A stretch of DNA of 63,996 bases, filler included, from Folioceros fuciformis (GCA_049999805.1; 13 parts of 13 records of this genome joined end to end with filler, not necessarily neighbours in it), one strand, 5' to 3'. Positions 49,002-62,504 are shown, counted from the first letter of the whole stretch. The notes: a model not told the origin generated them from the letters alone. Made by a program: numbers and translations.

Positions 49002-49964
49002 TTGTTCGGATAGGGGCCGCGCGTACGCGAGCCCCCGCTGCCACAAATTATGACGTCTATTCTACCCGTAGGTAGATAGTGGAGCCACCCCGGCCGGAGT
49101 GCAATGGCGGAGGAGACCCCAGGTCATCGGCCTTCGTGATCACCGATAGGCCCCGCCCAGGTAAGTATGTTCCTCAGGCTCGTTCACCACTTTACATACC
49201 AAGGGCTTGGTCGCCCCTCCTGACTACGCAATATGGGTTTTAGCCCCCATACTAAATTGTTTCATCAGAATGCTCTCTCGTTCCGCGCACGTTCTCAGGC
49301 TCGGCCTTAGTCCCGTCCGGCGGCACCTGGTTTCGGCAAGCCAGAGACCAGTGGAGCCCCATGTATTGTTTCTCTAGCCTATTTGAACCTGGAATAAACG
49401 CCTCTGCTGCCATACATGAGTCTCCGATCTTCGACTGCTGCACATTCCATGTGATGTCACACTGCTTACAAAATGGCTGCCAAGAAACAACGCAACTAAT
49501 ATTGAGTGCCATGTATCATTACATGTGTGCGTGCATCCATCCTCCCTGAAGCTGTCGTGCCATATTCATCAGCTCGTACTCGTGCAGAAACTGATCATAC
49601 GTGCAAGCATGCATCACTTGCTTTCAAGTTGGACATCCATCCATCATGCCTGCATGTACATGTTTCAAGCTCCACTGCTTTTGAGTTTCCCTCTCCATGT
49701 GTCCGGGACTGTCTAACTAGAATGCTTCCTTCAGGCTCACAACCTGTCCAACGTCTCACCGTGCACTTGTTTCTCTTCCTCCTTGCTTCTGACCATGACT
49801 ACGCTCTTCTTGATAACCAGGAATCAAGTAAACTAGAAGCCTTGATCGACTGAACCTCATGTATGTACAGCGTGTATCCTTGTACTCCAGATCCCGTGCT
49901 TGCCTGCTTGTGGGTGCTCAAAAGCAATTAAGCTCAAAATTGGCCTCTCATTGGGTTGTGGCAA

Positions 49965-50524
49965 GCCTTCTGTTTCGACGTAGACAACGATGGTCCGGGA
50001 AAAGATACGAAGAAAGCGCGAGGCCATACGGGTAAGAAACGGATACAGACTTGTTGCTAGGGTGGGGAGTATCAGATCTGTGCTTAGCGTAAGGTTGATG
50101 GAAATCTGTGGCGTGATTTGAAAACTCTTCAAAGTTGATTTGTGTGTCAGGCTCACAGATTCATCATCACCTCACTGTCGGGGGTGTTACAGTGGCCCAT
50201 TTCCATGGACACCTGTTGCATTGGTTTCGGCAACTGGCAGGCACTTTTCGGAGCGAATTGGTCCTTGCATTACGTTCTTGGATATTGGATACCCCGATTT
50301 CATCTGCAATGACAGGGCCCGGAAAGGCATTTTCCGCCTGATGAACCTGGTCCTCGAGCAGCAGCAAGCGCTGGTCCTCTTTGGTTTCGCCTTGGCAGAC
50401 GCTGGATGTTTGCAGGCCATTGGCCCCCAGAGATGATACTCAGAACAGCCCGTCCGTTCAGTGCTTGCTGCTGCTTTCGATAATGCTGGCCGTGAGGAGC
50501 TTCTCTTCAACAACATCCATCCAG
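49965..50524 (+). pseudogene. CRTAC1/ASPIC-UnbV-like FG-GAP beta-propeller gene fragment
   Basis: CFDVDNDG-REKI, GFALAD..GPQR*Y and PVRSVLAAAFDNAGREELLFNNI resemble the CRTAC1 motifs ACDIDGDGREEI, GVALAD..GPHRLY and PVRTVITADFDND..EIFFNNI, in the same order. Ends at a CCAG|GTGAG donor. Confidence 0.55.
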
Positions 50525-50819
50525 GTGAGCCCTCTCTCGCCATACAGGTGACCACTTGACAAAGCCTCCCTCTGCTCTGCACAGCCCGTCCTTGTCCATG
50601 TCCTTGTGGTTGATGCAGGTCTTTAGAACCAAGACATTTGCAGATCGTTGTGCACCCCTGCTGGAGACTGTAGTAGCAACCTACAAGGGGTTGCCTTGTA
50701 AACTGTTGAAGGTTTCGAGGTTCAATTCCTAGATGTAAACCCTCTCCACAAAAGCGTGCACTCCACATGTCCAAACTGTACTCCTACTCTGAAAATCGGA
50801 TTTCTCTCATGACTCTAAA

Positions 50820-50904
50820 CTTGCTCCAGTGTAAGCTCTAAATCGTTGCGCTGACCGGCTTGCTTGCTCCAGTGTAAGCTCTAAATCGTTACGCTGACCG
50901 CTTG
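50820..50904. repeat. 43-bp tandem duplication
   Basis: CTTGCTCCAGTGTAAGCTCTAAATCGTTRCGCTGACCG twice. Confidence 0.9.
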
Positions 50905-51559
50905 CCTTCGACGGAAGCACTAACAAGTTGGCTGTGCCTTCACCACTTGCTTTCTGCACAAGATGCGATGAGAGTTGTAGAGCTGTCTAGAGGGTAGTGT
51001 ACTTGAAGGAACGATCCATCCAGGGAGCCAAACTTGTGAATCTCACCCTGCTTGCATTTGACCCGAGATGCTTCACGCTTGTGCATCTCAGCCGACACGC
51101 CACTGGTGGAACCATTTGCGCATAGCGCCCCCGAGAGCCTCAAGTGTGCTTAAGTGTCGGTTGGCACCACCCGCAACCGGGGGTACTCGCTGGAATGACA
51201 AGAGTTAGGTCGCACGAAGGATGGGATCTTGAGATCTGGTGCCATGGCAGCACATGTTGCGAGGACAAGCTGAACAGGAAGAACATACATTTGTCAGCAG
51301 TCCAGCCAAGGAAAAGAATGCCCGCAGGCAAGAAGGCGGCCTGCTTTGAGCCCTGGCACGTTGTGAAAGTTCATGCTCCAGCTGCGAACTCTCCTAGGGC
51401 TATGGCTCTCTTCGTCCTATGGCTCTCCTCGTCCAGTCCAGCCTAAGATGGTGATGCTAGCCTGCACGAAGCCAACCTAGCACGCCGGATCCTGGGACGT
51501 CGTCGCACCAACTCCTGCGACCCCGCCTCCTCCTGCATCGACGACAGGCCGACATCCGA

Positions 51560-51574
51560 TTTCACTTTGGTTTG
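51560..51574 (-). terminator. snRNA 3' box
   Basis: CAAACCAAAGTGAAA fits CA(N)3-10AGTNNAA just downstream of U2. Confidence 0.7.
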
Positions 51575-51581
51575 TGGGGGA

Positions 51582-51778
51582 GGGGTGCGCCTGGCAGTGG
51601 AAGTAGTGCAAGACCAAAGCGACGCTTGAGGATCCGTGATAGCTAGCTACCACATATGGATCCTCCCCCGGAAAGAAATTAGATTAATATCATGTGGGTC
51701 GATGACCCACGTATCAGATATTAAACTGATAAGAACAGATACTACACTTGATCTTAGCCAAAAGGCCGAGAAAGGTAT
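51582..51778 (-). ncRNA. U2: U2 spliceosomal snRNA
   Basis: ATACCTTTCTCGGCCTTTTGGCTAAGATCAAGTGTAGTATCTGTTCTTATCAGTTTAATATCTGATA, branch-pairing GTAGTA, Sm-like AATTTCTTT, 3' stem-loops with TTGCAC; about 197 nt. Confidence 0.97.
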
Positions 51779-51800
51779 ACTCATCCTCCCGTGCCTCAGC

Positions 51801-51850
51801 TTCATATATGGCACACGCGGCACGGCCCCTTCCTCAAACGATATGGGGCA
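51801..51850 (-). promoter_or_regulatory. Plant snRNA promoter: USE-like element and TATA box
   Basis: GCCCCATATCG at about -61 to -71 (angiosperm USE consensus RTCCCACATCG) and TATATGAA at about -30. Confidence 0.75.
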
Positions 51851-53431
51851 ATGCAGCACTAGCTTCTGCGTTTCGTCCAAACCTTCAATGCCCTCCTCCC
51901 TGCACCCTCCAGTCCACACAACCACCGCCTCGACCTTTCAATGTTGTGAATTCGCTGCATCTTCTTTGATACCGGTACCCGCATCCGCTCCTCCACCCTC
52001 CACACACTCATGCCCCTCTGTGTCGTGCCGCTCATATCCACCGTCAACCCGCTTGTCAGCCCAGGATTGCTTGCGCCCGCCCCTACACTCACACTCCTCG
52101 TTGCTCAGCACATGCACATTTCTCGATTGAGCCACGCCGGCTCTCCGTAATCTTTGGTTTTGCGTGCCACTCGCTTCAACAGGACGGTCAGGTGACGGTT
52201 TAGGCTTCTCCTGCAATTACCGTACGCTCTGGAGACATACCACCTGCCACCATCTTGTTTCTATCCGTCAAATTCCTCAGAAGGCCAAATCGTGCATCCG
52301 CCGTGGGATCCTACCTTCGCTTTCCGCTCCTGTGCTTGCAATGGAGTGCGGCCCGTCTCGCCGAGCCCTTGTTAGACGTGAGGGCAGCATCAATGGCGGG
52401 GAAATTCTCGACCGGCTTCCAGCCTGCACTCCTGTTCCTCCCAATGTCCACACAACCCCATGGTCCAGACCTACCCTGACGCTTCTTGTCTCACCTCAGG
52501 CTTAAGCCTCTCAGCCCGCGCCTACTGCCTTTGCGCCTGTCTTGCGTCTCGAGTTTTTTACCTTCGTCATCTCCACAACTTGACTTGGAGACTGCAACCA
52601 CACGATTGTCCACTAGCCCTGCACGGGAGCACTGGTTTGTTAGCTTGAACCACTGTCCCCGCACCGCACGCCAACAGGTTCTTTCCAAACGCAAGCGAGT
52701 TCGTTCGGCTGATGCAGCCGCAACCACGCGAACCAAAAGGGTCATCCACGGACGGTCGATTGTTGCATGCATTGACATGTCTGCTCTTACCCTCTTAACC
52801 ACGGTGAAAGGCCTCTGAAACCCCTACACGACGAAGCTGTTTTCCCTATTTTCTTGCCATTGTGTTGATATTCATCGAAATTTAATTAGAAAACGAAAAG
52901 ATTCAGGTGGAGCTCGCCTGCAAACTAGGAAGCCACCTTCTCCAGCAATTTCCAAGTCATGGACAGCTATGGGGATGCGGGACAGCATCTTCGACCCTGG
53001 ACGGAATATGGCAGCCCAAGGTTACATTGTTATCACAAATCCTCAACCCCCTCGCNNNNNNNNNNNNNNNNNNNNNNNNNNNNNNNNNNNNNNNNNNNNT
53101 TAATTAATTAANNNNNNNNNNNNNNNNNNNNNNNNNNNNNNNNNNNNNNNNNNNNTCGGGTAAGGTTTTGGTAGCTCGGTTCGGGTTTGTTGCTGGTTTC
53201 TATGGGTCCGGGACTGCTTGAGGCTGGTTCTGACGGCTGGTCTCTGCTGTATAGATCTCTGTCTCCTCTCCCTGGCCTAGTCCCTTAGGACGCTGATTTG
53301 ATATATAGAATGGCTCCTGTGGCTCAAGACAACAAGAACCTCTTGAGTTCCATGTTCTATGGTCTTGTTTTTGATGTGTTTAAAAACGTAGACGAGACTC
53401 ACCTGACCAGAGCCCTAGCTATCGGGGAACA

Positions 53432-53593
53432 GATCTCTCAGCTCGAGAGCACTGCCCAGAATTCTCAGCTCGAGAGCACTGCCCAAATCTCTCGGCTCGA
53501 GAGCACTGCCCAAATCTCTCGGCTCGAGAGCACTGCCCCAATCTCTCGGCTCGAGAGCACTGCCCAAATCTCTCGGCTCGAGAGCACTGTCCA
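53432..53593 (+). repeat. 27-bp coding-frame tandem repeat (ISRLESTAQ)n in a probable retroelement accessory ORF
   Basis: About 6 copies of ATCTCTCGGCTCGAGAGCACTGCCCAA. Further short repeats at about 53700-53752 and 53915-53963. Confidence 0.85.
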
Positions 53594-54537
53594 AGAGGCT
53601 CTTGCTGTGGGTTCTATGAAAGACAAACTCATCCGAAACATGTGGTAAGGGTTTTGGAAGAACAGGTGCGGGATTTGCACCTCAAGTTAGTACAGAGCAA
53701 GGGGCTTACAATGGGAACATCTTCAGGGGGCTTACAATGGGAACATCTTCAGGAGGAGCTCATTATTGCTCATGCTTTGGAGGGTAGGGATTGGTTGAAG
53801 AACTGGAAGGACATCTTACATTCGAATAGGTCTAGAGGCTTCAGCTGGATGGAGCCGCCCGGTACAGGCAGTAAAGCTCGTTCAAATCTATAGGGTCTTG
53901 TCGGAGCATATTCATCAAGAAAAATCGAGGTTCAAGAAAAATCGAGGTTCAAGAAAAATCGAAGTTAAGGTTTGAGTTAAGTCGAACAGGCGGGTACATT
54001 CTCCTTGACCAGCATCATCCATTGACATTCGACCAGGCATTGGCTACCGTATGTATAGCTTCTAGCTTAGGTTTGAATGTGAGACTTAGTTAAACTCTAG
54101 CTTGGACTTAGCTAGACTCTAGTTTAATTTGGCTACAAACTGCTTAAGGTAAAGCAGTAGCCAATGATGGAGAGTGCTCCACACTTGTGAGTGTAGCATC
54201 ATGGAGGCCATGCAAACACAAGAGGCCGTGCAAACACAAAAGACTAAGTGTGAACCTCCAAAGTTTGGGGTAGTAGTTTGTTTTGGTTGAAAAAGGGTTA
54301 ATAGTGGTATGGTTTGGTTTTCTTTTTTAACTTATTTTTCCTAATTTTCTTTTATTTTCTGGTCATTTTTCCTATTTTTCTTTGTGCTAATTGGGTTAAT
54401 TGACCAGGAAATAGTGGGTTTGGTTATAAGAGTGGGTNNNNNNNNNNNNNNNNNNNNNNNNNNNNNNNNNNNNNNNNNNNNTTAATTAATTAANNNNNNN
54501 NNNNNNNNNNNNNNNNNNNNNNNNNNNNNNNNNNNNN

Positions 54538-55850
54538 GCTCACATGCTCCCCTCCCCATTTGTTTGCGTCCTCGCAAACAACGCGTCCTGTGGATGATAA
54601 TACTTCTTTACCTTCCACCCATTGACACGGGTGGGTAAGAATTCTCCATTCAACTCCCGTTGCTGAATCGACCCGTTTTCAAAAACATGGGTCACTTCAT
54701 AGGGTCCCATCCATTGGAGTCGTAATTTCCGAGGGAAGTCAAGGTACCGGCTGTCATAGAGATTGCAATGCTAAGTCACCCGGAACGACGCATTCGGTCT
54801 TCCTCAATCTCCTGTCATTATGCCACTTCCGTCGTTCCTGTACTCGGTGAGTCTCTTCCAGTGCTGCATCGCGATCTTCCTCATGCGCAATGAGCTTCTC
54901 CAGCCGAGCTTGTTCACTATCTTCGACTGGTAACCGAGTGTCCTCCAAAATCCTGTGTGTTGGTACTTCGAACTCGATGGGCATAACTGGCGACATCCCG
55001 TAGGTCAGAAAATAGGGAGTGCGTTTTGTAGTTACCTTCTCTGCTGTTCGGTAGGCCCATAGGGCGGAATGTAGTTTCGTGTCCCAATCATACATGTGGG
55101 AGATAGTCACCTTGGTGAGTATCGTCCCAATAGCCCATTGGTCTTCTCCGTCAGCCCATTGGCCTTGGGGTTGTATGGAGTCGTCTTTCGATGTCGAATG
55201 TTGAAGTAGCGGGTGAGCGATGCTATAACCGTGTTCAGAAAATGAGTCCCGCGGTCGCTCACCAGCTCCAATGGACACCCATACCTAGTGATGATATTTT
55301 CGAACAGGAATTTGGCCACGGCTGATGCATCATCCTTGCGGGTAGCCTCTGCTTCAACCATCTTCGTGCAGTAGTCAGTGGCAACCAAGATGTATTGTTT
55401 GCGTGTCCGCTGCGTTGAAGGACGTATGGGTTCGACGAAGTCTATTCCCCATTTTTCGAAGGGTGCCAAGGGCAGAATATAGGTTAGGGGCCACTGCGTG
55501 CCTAGGGTCGGTCTCCCAACCCGCTAACAAGCGTCACAACGCTTGATGTACTCCCATACGTCTCTATGCAGGGTCGTCCACCAAAATCCTGTATCCAAGA
55601 TCTTCTTGGCAATCACTTGGACTGAGTAGTGATCACCAGCCTCTTCAGCATGCAAGGCCTCGACTACTAACATATCCTCCGCTGGCTCCAAACACCTGCG
55701 AAATTTTCCATCGGGGCCCATCTTGTACAATATCTCGTGCTTCAGGCAATAGGGTCCTACCTTATGTAGAAAAATGGCTCGCCCTTCCCTGCTCAGGTCG
55801 GTGGGAATGACCCCATGGGCCAAGAATTGACGAACTTCCTGACAGGTGGG
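54538..55850 (-). mobile_element. Ty3/gypsy integrase (non-chromovirus, Athila/Tat-like)
   Basis: H2C2 finger (LH..H..GFWW..CDAC), PFEKWGIDF, VSDRGTHF, NGLTE, ALWAYRTA and WMGPY; no chromodomain before the stop. Confidence 0.92.
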
Positions 55851-56180
55851 TGGCCCGGTGCCCGAACGACCAATTCGTTCCTCCCGGGTGCGTTGTCGTG
55901 CACGGGTGGCTCCGCGACTTCTTCCCTGGCGTCGATGTGCGGTCGGGGGATCTCCGATCACGGCGGCTTGCGCCCCTCCTTGAGGCGGTGATTCTCCGCA
56001 AGCCACAACATTGGGTACTTCTGTCGAACTCCCTTGAGGACCCACCTGAGTAGGTTTGTTCTCGTCGTTGATCAATGCCANNNNNNNNNNNNNNNNNNNN
56101 NNNNNNNNNNNNNNNNNNNNNNNNTTAATTAATTAANNNNNNNNNNNNNNNNNNNNNNNNNNNNNNNNNNNNNNNNNNNN

Positions 56181-56366
56181 TGTCCTAGGAGCCTTGGGTG
56201 TGGGGACTGGTGGTGTCCCCACACCGTGCACATGCTCCCATAATCTCCTCGACTTGAAGATCTCTATCATTCGAAACTTCCATACATGGAAGATTGTCCC
56301 GTCAAACTTGTCCTCCTTCGATATAGTGAGGGAAGGAGTTGGCGTAGTTGCTGGAACTTGCGCCAT
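56181..56366 (-). mobile_element. Copia gag N-terminus
   Basis: KEDKFDGTIFHVWKFRM..LWEHVHG; truncated by a gap. Confidence 0.8.
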
Positions 56367-57997
56367 GTTTGCAGGCTGCGCTTACACCACCAGAGGAACG
56401 AATGTGGCCTTGCAGGAGAATTCTTCGGAAGGCTCAAGACATAGCTGTAGTGTAACTGTAAGTACTTTAGGTTCTTTCAAATCATACTCCAGCATAATAT
56501 GATATAGCAGATGCCTTGTGTACTGATCCAGGAGAACGTGTGACAAAGGTGCAATTTTCTGAGCAAATAGGTCACGGAGGTGATCTGAAAGCACAATATA
56601 AGCCATAAATGAAAGGTACTCTTAGGAAATTGCAGCATTGTGTTGTAAATACTTAGGATAAATTGCTGACGTCAAACGTGCTCCAATTGTACCCGTCCAG
56701 CGCAGGGAAGCCTTGAAGAACGTTCGTATACATGAGTTCAAGAATGATGCAGATTTTGCACCACACTTGCTGCCAGCGTGTGGGTGCCAAGGAGCACAGG
56801 TACTCCTCGTCCCTGTCCTTCAACCACTGCTGAAGTTACATGTAGAGTGTCTTGTAGGCGTGAACGAACGGTTAGGGTTTCTAACCGTTAGTACTTAACT
56901 AACCTAAACCTACCCTAACTACCTACTTTCCATTACCTCCTGTACTGCTGCTCCCAGTTATTGGCCTTCCCCTCAACTATGTTCCGGGCTCCAGCATTCA
57001 GCAACAGTTTCTGAGCTTTGGAGGGCAGGCTGCCCATGGCGTTGGTTTCCATCAGCCACTAGCTCCTACTCCACCAGAGCCACGTTCCCAATGCACACAA
57101 GGAGGCTTCCTTCCCCAATCTCCACAACTCCTTCCGCATTACACAACATGTCATCGTTGCAGCCCTTAACCACCCAGGATCTTTGCCATTTTGCATCCAC
57201 TCTCACTACACCTATCCCATCGCTNNNNNNNNNNNNNNNNNNNNNNNNNNNNNNNNNNNNNNNNNNNNTTAATTAATTAANNNNNNNNNNNNNNNNNNNN
57301 NNNNNNNNNNNNNNNNNNNNNNNNAGTGAGTGTATAATGAGTTAGTGTATGTAAACAAAGATAACCCAATACGCCCCCTCAGACCTAACTCATGGCCTTA
57401 TCTGGTCAGAGTAAGTTGCTGAGTGGCCAGGCGCATGCACAACCTCGAAACGCTATCCAGAGTGCTGACAGAGGACTGAGCTACCGACATGGCTGGAGCT
57501 TATGCACAGATCGCAGCTCACCTGCTAGAGCTAACCTCTTGCGATCATCCTCGCCGTCTGGATTGTGCTCCCACCTAAACTTGATGCGCGACACAACAAG
57601 AGAGGCAGCAAGCACAGCACAAAACTGGAACACAAGCGCAGAGGTGCGCTGCTGGGAAAATCTGAGATGATGCCTTCAACTGAAAAACAGCCGGCCTCCT
57701 CCCCGCGCTAGTATCAAGTCGAGTGAGGTTGAGCTTGCTGTCTTTAGGGCGGCATGCATGCAACCGCTGCCGGAAGATGAAGATGTGGACACGGCCTGCA
57801 AGCCTGGTAGTGTGGTGTTATGAAACCATCTGCTACTACGCCTTTGCTTAGATTGACTTGACAACTTCATCCAAAGACTAATAGCTGTTGCTCTTGGGTG
57901 CTGCAGGCTCGGCACTAGGGACTGAACTGTGCGTAACACACAAACGATGCCCGATACGTGGATGTCCAAACGCTGCTGCAACCTGTTAGGCCGTAAC

Positions 57998-60900
57998 TCA
58001 GTCATCCCTCTTCTTACGAGTAGCTTGGCTACTCTCCCCTTCCAGATAAGTCTGTGCTGATGTTTGCAATCCTAGTGTAGCTCGATGCTGCTCATGTATG
58101 GCCTTTGGTAGTCCCTTTGTCAGTAAGTCAGCGACATTCTCAGAAGTGTGAACATACTCCAACTGGATGACCCCTGTTTCTGCTGCTTGCCTGATAAAAT
58201 GAAACTGTATTTCAATATGCTTTGATCTGGCATGCAGTACTGGATTCGCTGTTAGAGCGATTGCCGACTGGTTATCACATTTCAACAATGTTGCTGAGGG
58301 CTGCTGCCAATGGATGCCGTCCAGAAATTGTCTGACCCATACTATCTCCCGTGCAGCTAAAGATAAAGCGCCATACTCAGCCTCTGTTGAAGAGAGGCTG
58401 ATGGTAGTTAGCTTCTTTGACTGCCAGCTGATGGCAGAACCACATAACAGAAGACAATAGGCTGCTATAGACTTCCTAGAATCAACATCTCCAGCCCAAT
58501 CAGCATCAGAGAAAGAAGTAAGAGTTAAATTCCCTGCTGCTGTGTATTGAATATAGAAGTCTTGAGTGCCTTTTAAATATCGTAGGATCCTTTTAACGGC
58601 CATCCAGTGCTTCTTACCTGGGTTGGCTAGGAAGCGAGAAACTATGCCTACTGCTTGGGACACATCCGGACGAGTCCATCCTGCCAGGTATAGCAGACTA
58701 CCTACAGCCTCTCTGTAAGAAATAGATGCCATTTCTGCAGTCTCTGCTGCTGTTTTAGGGCAGTCTTCTAAAGACAATTTATCACCTGTAGCTATAGGTG
58801 TAGTTACTGGATTGAGTTGTGAGAGGTTAAACTTTGACAGCAGCTGTCTGATAAAGTGAGCTTGGTGGATGGTGACGCAGGTCCTGTCTAAGCTAAAGCT
58901 AAATTGTATTCCTAAGGCAAACTTGAGAGGACCTACATCTGTCATGTCCCACTCCCGAGACAACTCCATCTTAACCTCTGTAAGTATTTGCTCATCACTA
59001 GCAAAAAGAAAATTATCATCTACATAAAGAGCTATTATGCAAAGCTGATTAGCACGTTTCAAAACATAGACACTACAGTCTGCTACTAGAGGTACAAAAC
59101 CTAGTTTGCGGAGCTTTTTATCTGCTCTTGAATTCCATATTCTAGCTGACTGTTTTAGACCATAAAGTGACTTGAGTAACTTGCATACCTTTGCAGGATC
59201 CTTGATATAGCCCTCAGGCTGATGCATATAGATAACTTCATCAAGAGGACCATTCAAGAAAGCAGTTTTAGCGTCCATCTGATGGACGATGAGCTTCTCT
59301 TTCACGGCATAACAAAGGAGGATTCTCATAGATGTGGGCTTGACTACAGGGCTGAATGTTTCGTTGTAGTCCAAACCATGAACTTGAGTGTAGCCCCTAG
59401 CTACAAGGCGTGCTTTGTACCGAGCCACCGAGCCATCGGGATGCAGTTTCAGTTTGAAAACCCACTTGGAGGTTATAGCCTTCCTGTCTGGTGGTAAGGT
59501 AACAAGTTCCCATGTGTTATTAGAAATGATGCTATCATACTCTGAGTTGATTGCCTTTTGCCATGCTGCTTTTTGAGGACCTGAGATAGCTTCCTGGTAT
59601 GTGACAGGTGTATTGGGTGGATCTAAAATGGAAGAAGCTACAGTGTTTGTAAAAGCTGCAAGGTTAGTATGTGGTAATGCGTGCTGTTGACTGGACGCTA
59701 GGGTATCCCCTGGCTCATACGGTTTTTCTAACCACTCAGACCTAGGACGATGGACCCTAGCTGACCTACGTAATACCTGATGCTCTGGTTCAGGTTCAGG
59801 CACACATTCAGGATGTGGAGGTACCTCTGCCATATCTTGTTCAGGTAATGTGGCATCAGTGTCCTGTGGAGCATACTCTGGATGATCTAGAACAGAGATG
59901 TTAGGTAAGTTGACGTATGGCTGAGGATTAGGAGCATGGATCTGTGGCAGTTGCTGAACAGTAGGAGTATCCGGAAAATCTGAAGGAAAAATGGCGATAT
60001 CTATGTCTAGCTGGTCGTCTTCCACTTGATTTGGCGGGGTATGGCCATAAACAGATTGTTCTGAAAGTGGCTGATGGCTTGTAACAGAGTGCTGATGTGA
60101 AGTTAATATGAAACTCTCATTGAAACTCACGCTTCGAGCTAAGGTAAGCTGCCTTGTATAGGGATTGTATAATTTGTATCCTTTAGATTGCTCGGAATAG
60201 CCTATAAACACATGTTTAGTAGCTCTGTTGTCCATCTTACCACGTTTGTCGGCTGGTATATATGCATATGCAGCGGCACCAAAAATGCGAAGATGACCAA
60301 TCCTTGGCTTATGTCCACACCAACGTTCAAAAGGCGTATAGGTGAACAAAGGTTTGACAGGTAAACGATTCTGCACATAATTCACTGCTGCTATTGCTTC
60401 GGCCCAATACCCACGAGTGAGACCAGCTGAGGACAACGTTGCCCTACAGCGTTCTTGCAATGTTCAGTTATATCTCTCAGCATAGGAGTTTTGTGCAGGA
60501 TGGTAGGGAACAGTTAACTGGTGGAGGATGCCTTTCTGTCTGCAATACGACTGGAAATCATAACTAAGGTATTCCTTAGCATTGTCACTTCTCAGCTTCT
60601 TCAAAGTATACCCAGTTTGTGTTTCAGCCATACTCACATAATCTAAGAAACTGTCATATACTTGCTGGCGTGTATGTAGGAAGTATAAACAGCAGTAATG
60701 GCTCCATTCATCAAGAAAAGTTAGAAAATAAACAGCACCACCAAAAGACGTTGTCGACATAGGACCACAGACGTCCGAATGCACGACATCTAACAAGCCA
60801 GTTGCCTTGGAAGGGTCAGGATCATTATAGGGCTTCTGGGCTAGCTTGCCAACTTGGCAATCTTCACAAAACAGGTGATCCCGAACTTTGAAAGAAATGG

Positions 60901-62404
60901 GATCTTTATACAACTCAGGTTTATTGACCACTTGGCGAATATATGTAACGCTAGGGTGGCAGAATCTGCTGTGCCATAAGAAACTGTTGTCTACATCGGA
61001 CTTCGCATCTACAACGAGACTGTGAGGATTGGCAGGGGTCATGTCAAAACGATACAGATCATTGTAAGTTACCCCTTCACCTAAGATAATTGAATGGTTA
61101 CGTGCAGACGTGACCAAGCAAGCTGTAGGTTTGAAGCAGATGTAGAGATCATGGTCTGTGACAAGCTTCCTAACAGACAACAGATTTTTGGTCATATTAG
61201 GTACATGAAGAACTCCAAACAACTGGATTTGCTTTCCTCCATTAAGTGGAAATAACACTTCTCCATATCCGGCTATGGATAAGCCACTATCATCCCCAAG
61301 CAACACAAACTGATTAGTCGGGGCTGAAAGATAAGTAACAAATTTTTCCCTTGATATACAGATGTGGTTGGTCGCCCCAGAGTCCAAAAACCACATGTTG
61401 TTATCAGCTTTTGTGAGGGATAGACAGACCGCTAGGATTGTAGGAGCCTTAACATTCTGTGTCACTGTGTTGCTTGCTTGCCCACGGGTCACCAGGTGAG
61501 ATTCAATAGGTGGGGCTTCTCGACGGGGCTCTCCAGCCCGTTTCTTCCTACACTCGTTCTCAAAATGTCCAGGGATGCGGCACCAGTGACAAGTGCCCTT
61601 TTGCTTCCGCTGGCCCTGTGATAAGGAAAGAGCTTGATAGGGACGGCCCCTACCACGTCCACGCCCTCTTCCACGTCCTCTCTGGGTATAGAGGACTTGT
61701 GAAGTCAGATGATGGCTACGTCCAGTTGCTGTCCTACTGGATTCCTCCTCCAAAAGTGCACCTACAATCTCTGAGAGTGTAATAGCAGGTGTGCTACCTG
61801 CTGATGGCGACTTCACTGTTTGCCTGAGAACAGAAGTTTGTGAGCTTACAAAAGCTTTATAACTTGGTGGTAATGAGGTAAGGAGAACAATTGATGCTTG
61901 CAACTCCGTTACATCTTGCCCACATGAAGACAACTTTGCTCTTAAGGTACGGAATTTGTGCACATGATGCTCTACGCTATCTGAATCTTTCATGCATAGT
62001 CCGTAAAAGAGTCTGGTTGCATTGAGCAGGGACATGGAGTCTTTCGCTGCAAACATGTCTTGGAACACCTTCCAAACAGCTGCTGAAGTAGCTTGCCCCT
62101 GTGTATGTTGGATCATATTTCTATCCAAAGCTGACAGGATGATGCTACGTGCACGCTTATCCTGTTTTACCCATGCTGCAATTGCCTCGGGTGTACATAC
62201 AGTTCCTCCTGCAGGTACAATTGCTGGATTTCCTGTCTTTCCAGTAACTAGGTCCATGAGATCATGTTCCTCAAGGATGGCTGTCAGGCGCATTTCCCAT
62301 ATGGGATAATCACTCCCATTAAACCGGTCTTTATCCTTGATATCGACCTTGGTGTTATTGTTGATGACAGTGTTTCCACTGCTGCTGCTTGATGCTCCTG
62401 ACAT
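57998..62404 (-). pseudogene. Copia gag-pol polyprotein with a single in-frame TGA (60464-60466)
   Basis: ORFs 60464-62485 and 57998-60460 are in the same frame and read ERYN*TLQER. All copia domains are present. Confidence 0.95.
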
Positions 62405-62504
62405 GACTGGCTGTTGTGGATTAGGGTTTCTAGGTGATGTGTGATTGCGAGGATCTCGAGGCAGCCTGTGTGGTGGGGACCACATACATGGTAGGATGCT
62501 GAAC

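Noticed and set aside
51636-52130. 164-aa ORF and overlapping ORFs
   Set aside because: They overlap the U2 snRNA gene and its promoter and show no protein motifs.
56382-56900. Fifth example of the coiled-coil 5' ORF
   Set aside because: A sense ORF lies upstream of gag, but I see no heptad pattern or similarity to the other four.
60464-60466. Programmed stop-codon readthrough
   Set aside because: The stop is inside the integrase core at a conserved Arg position; a CpG transition is the simpler explanation.
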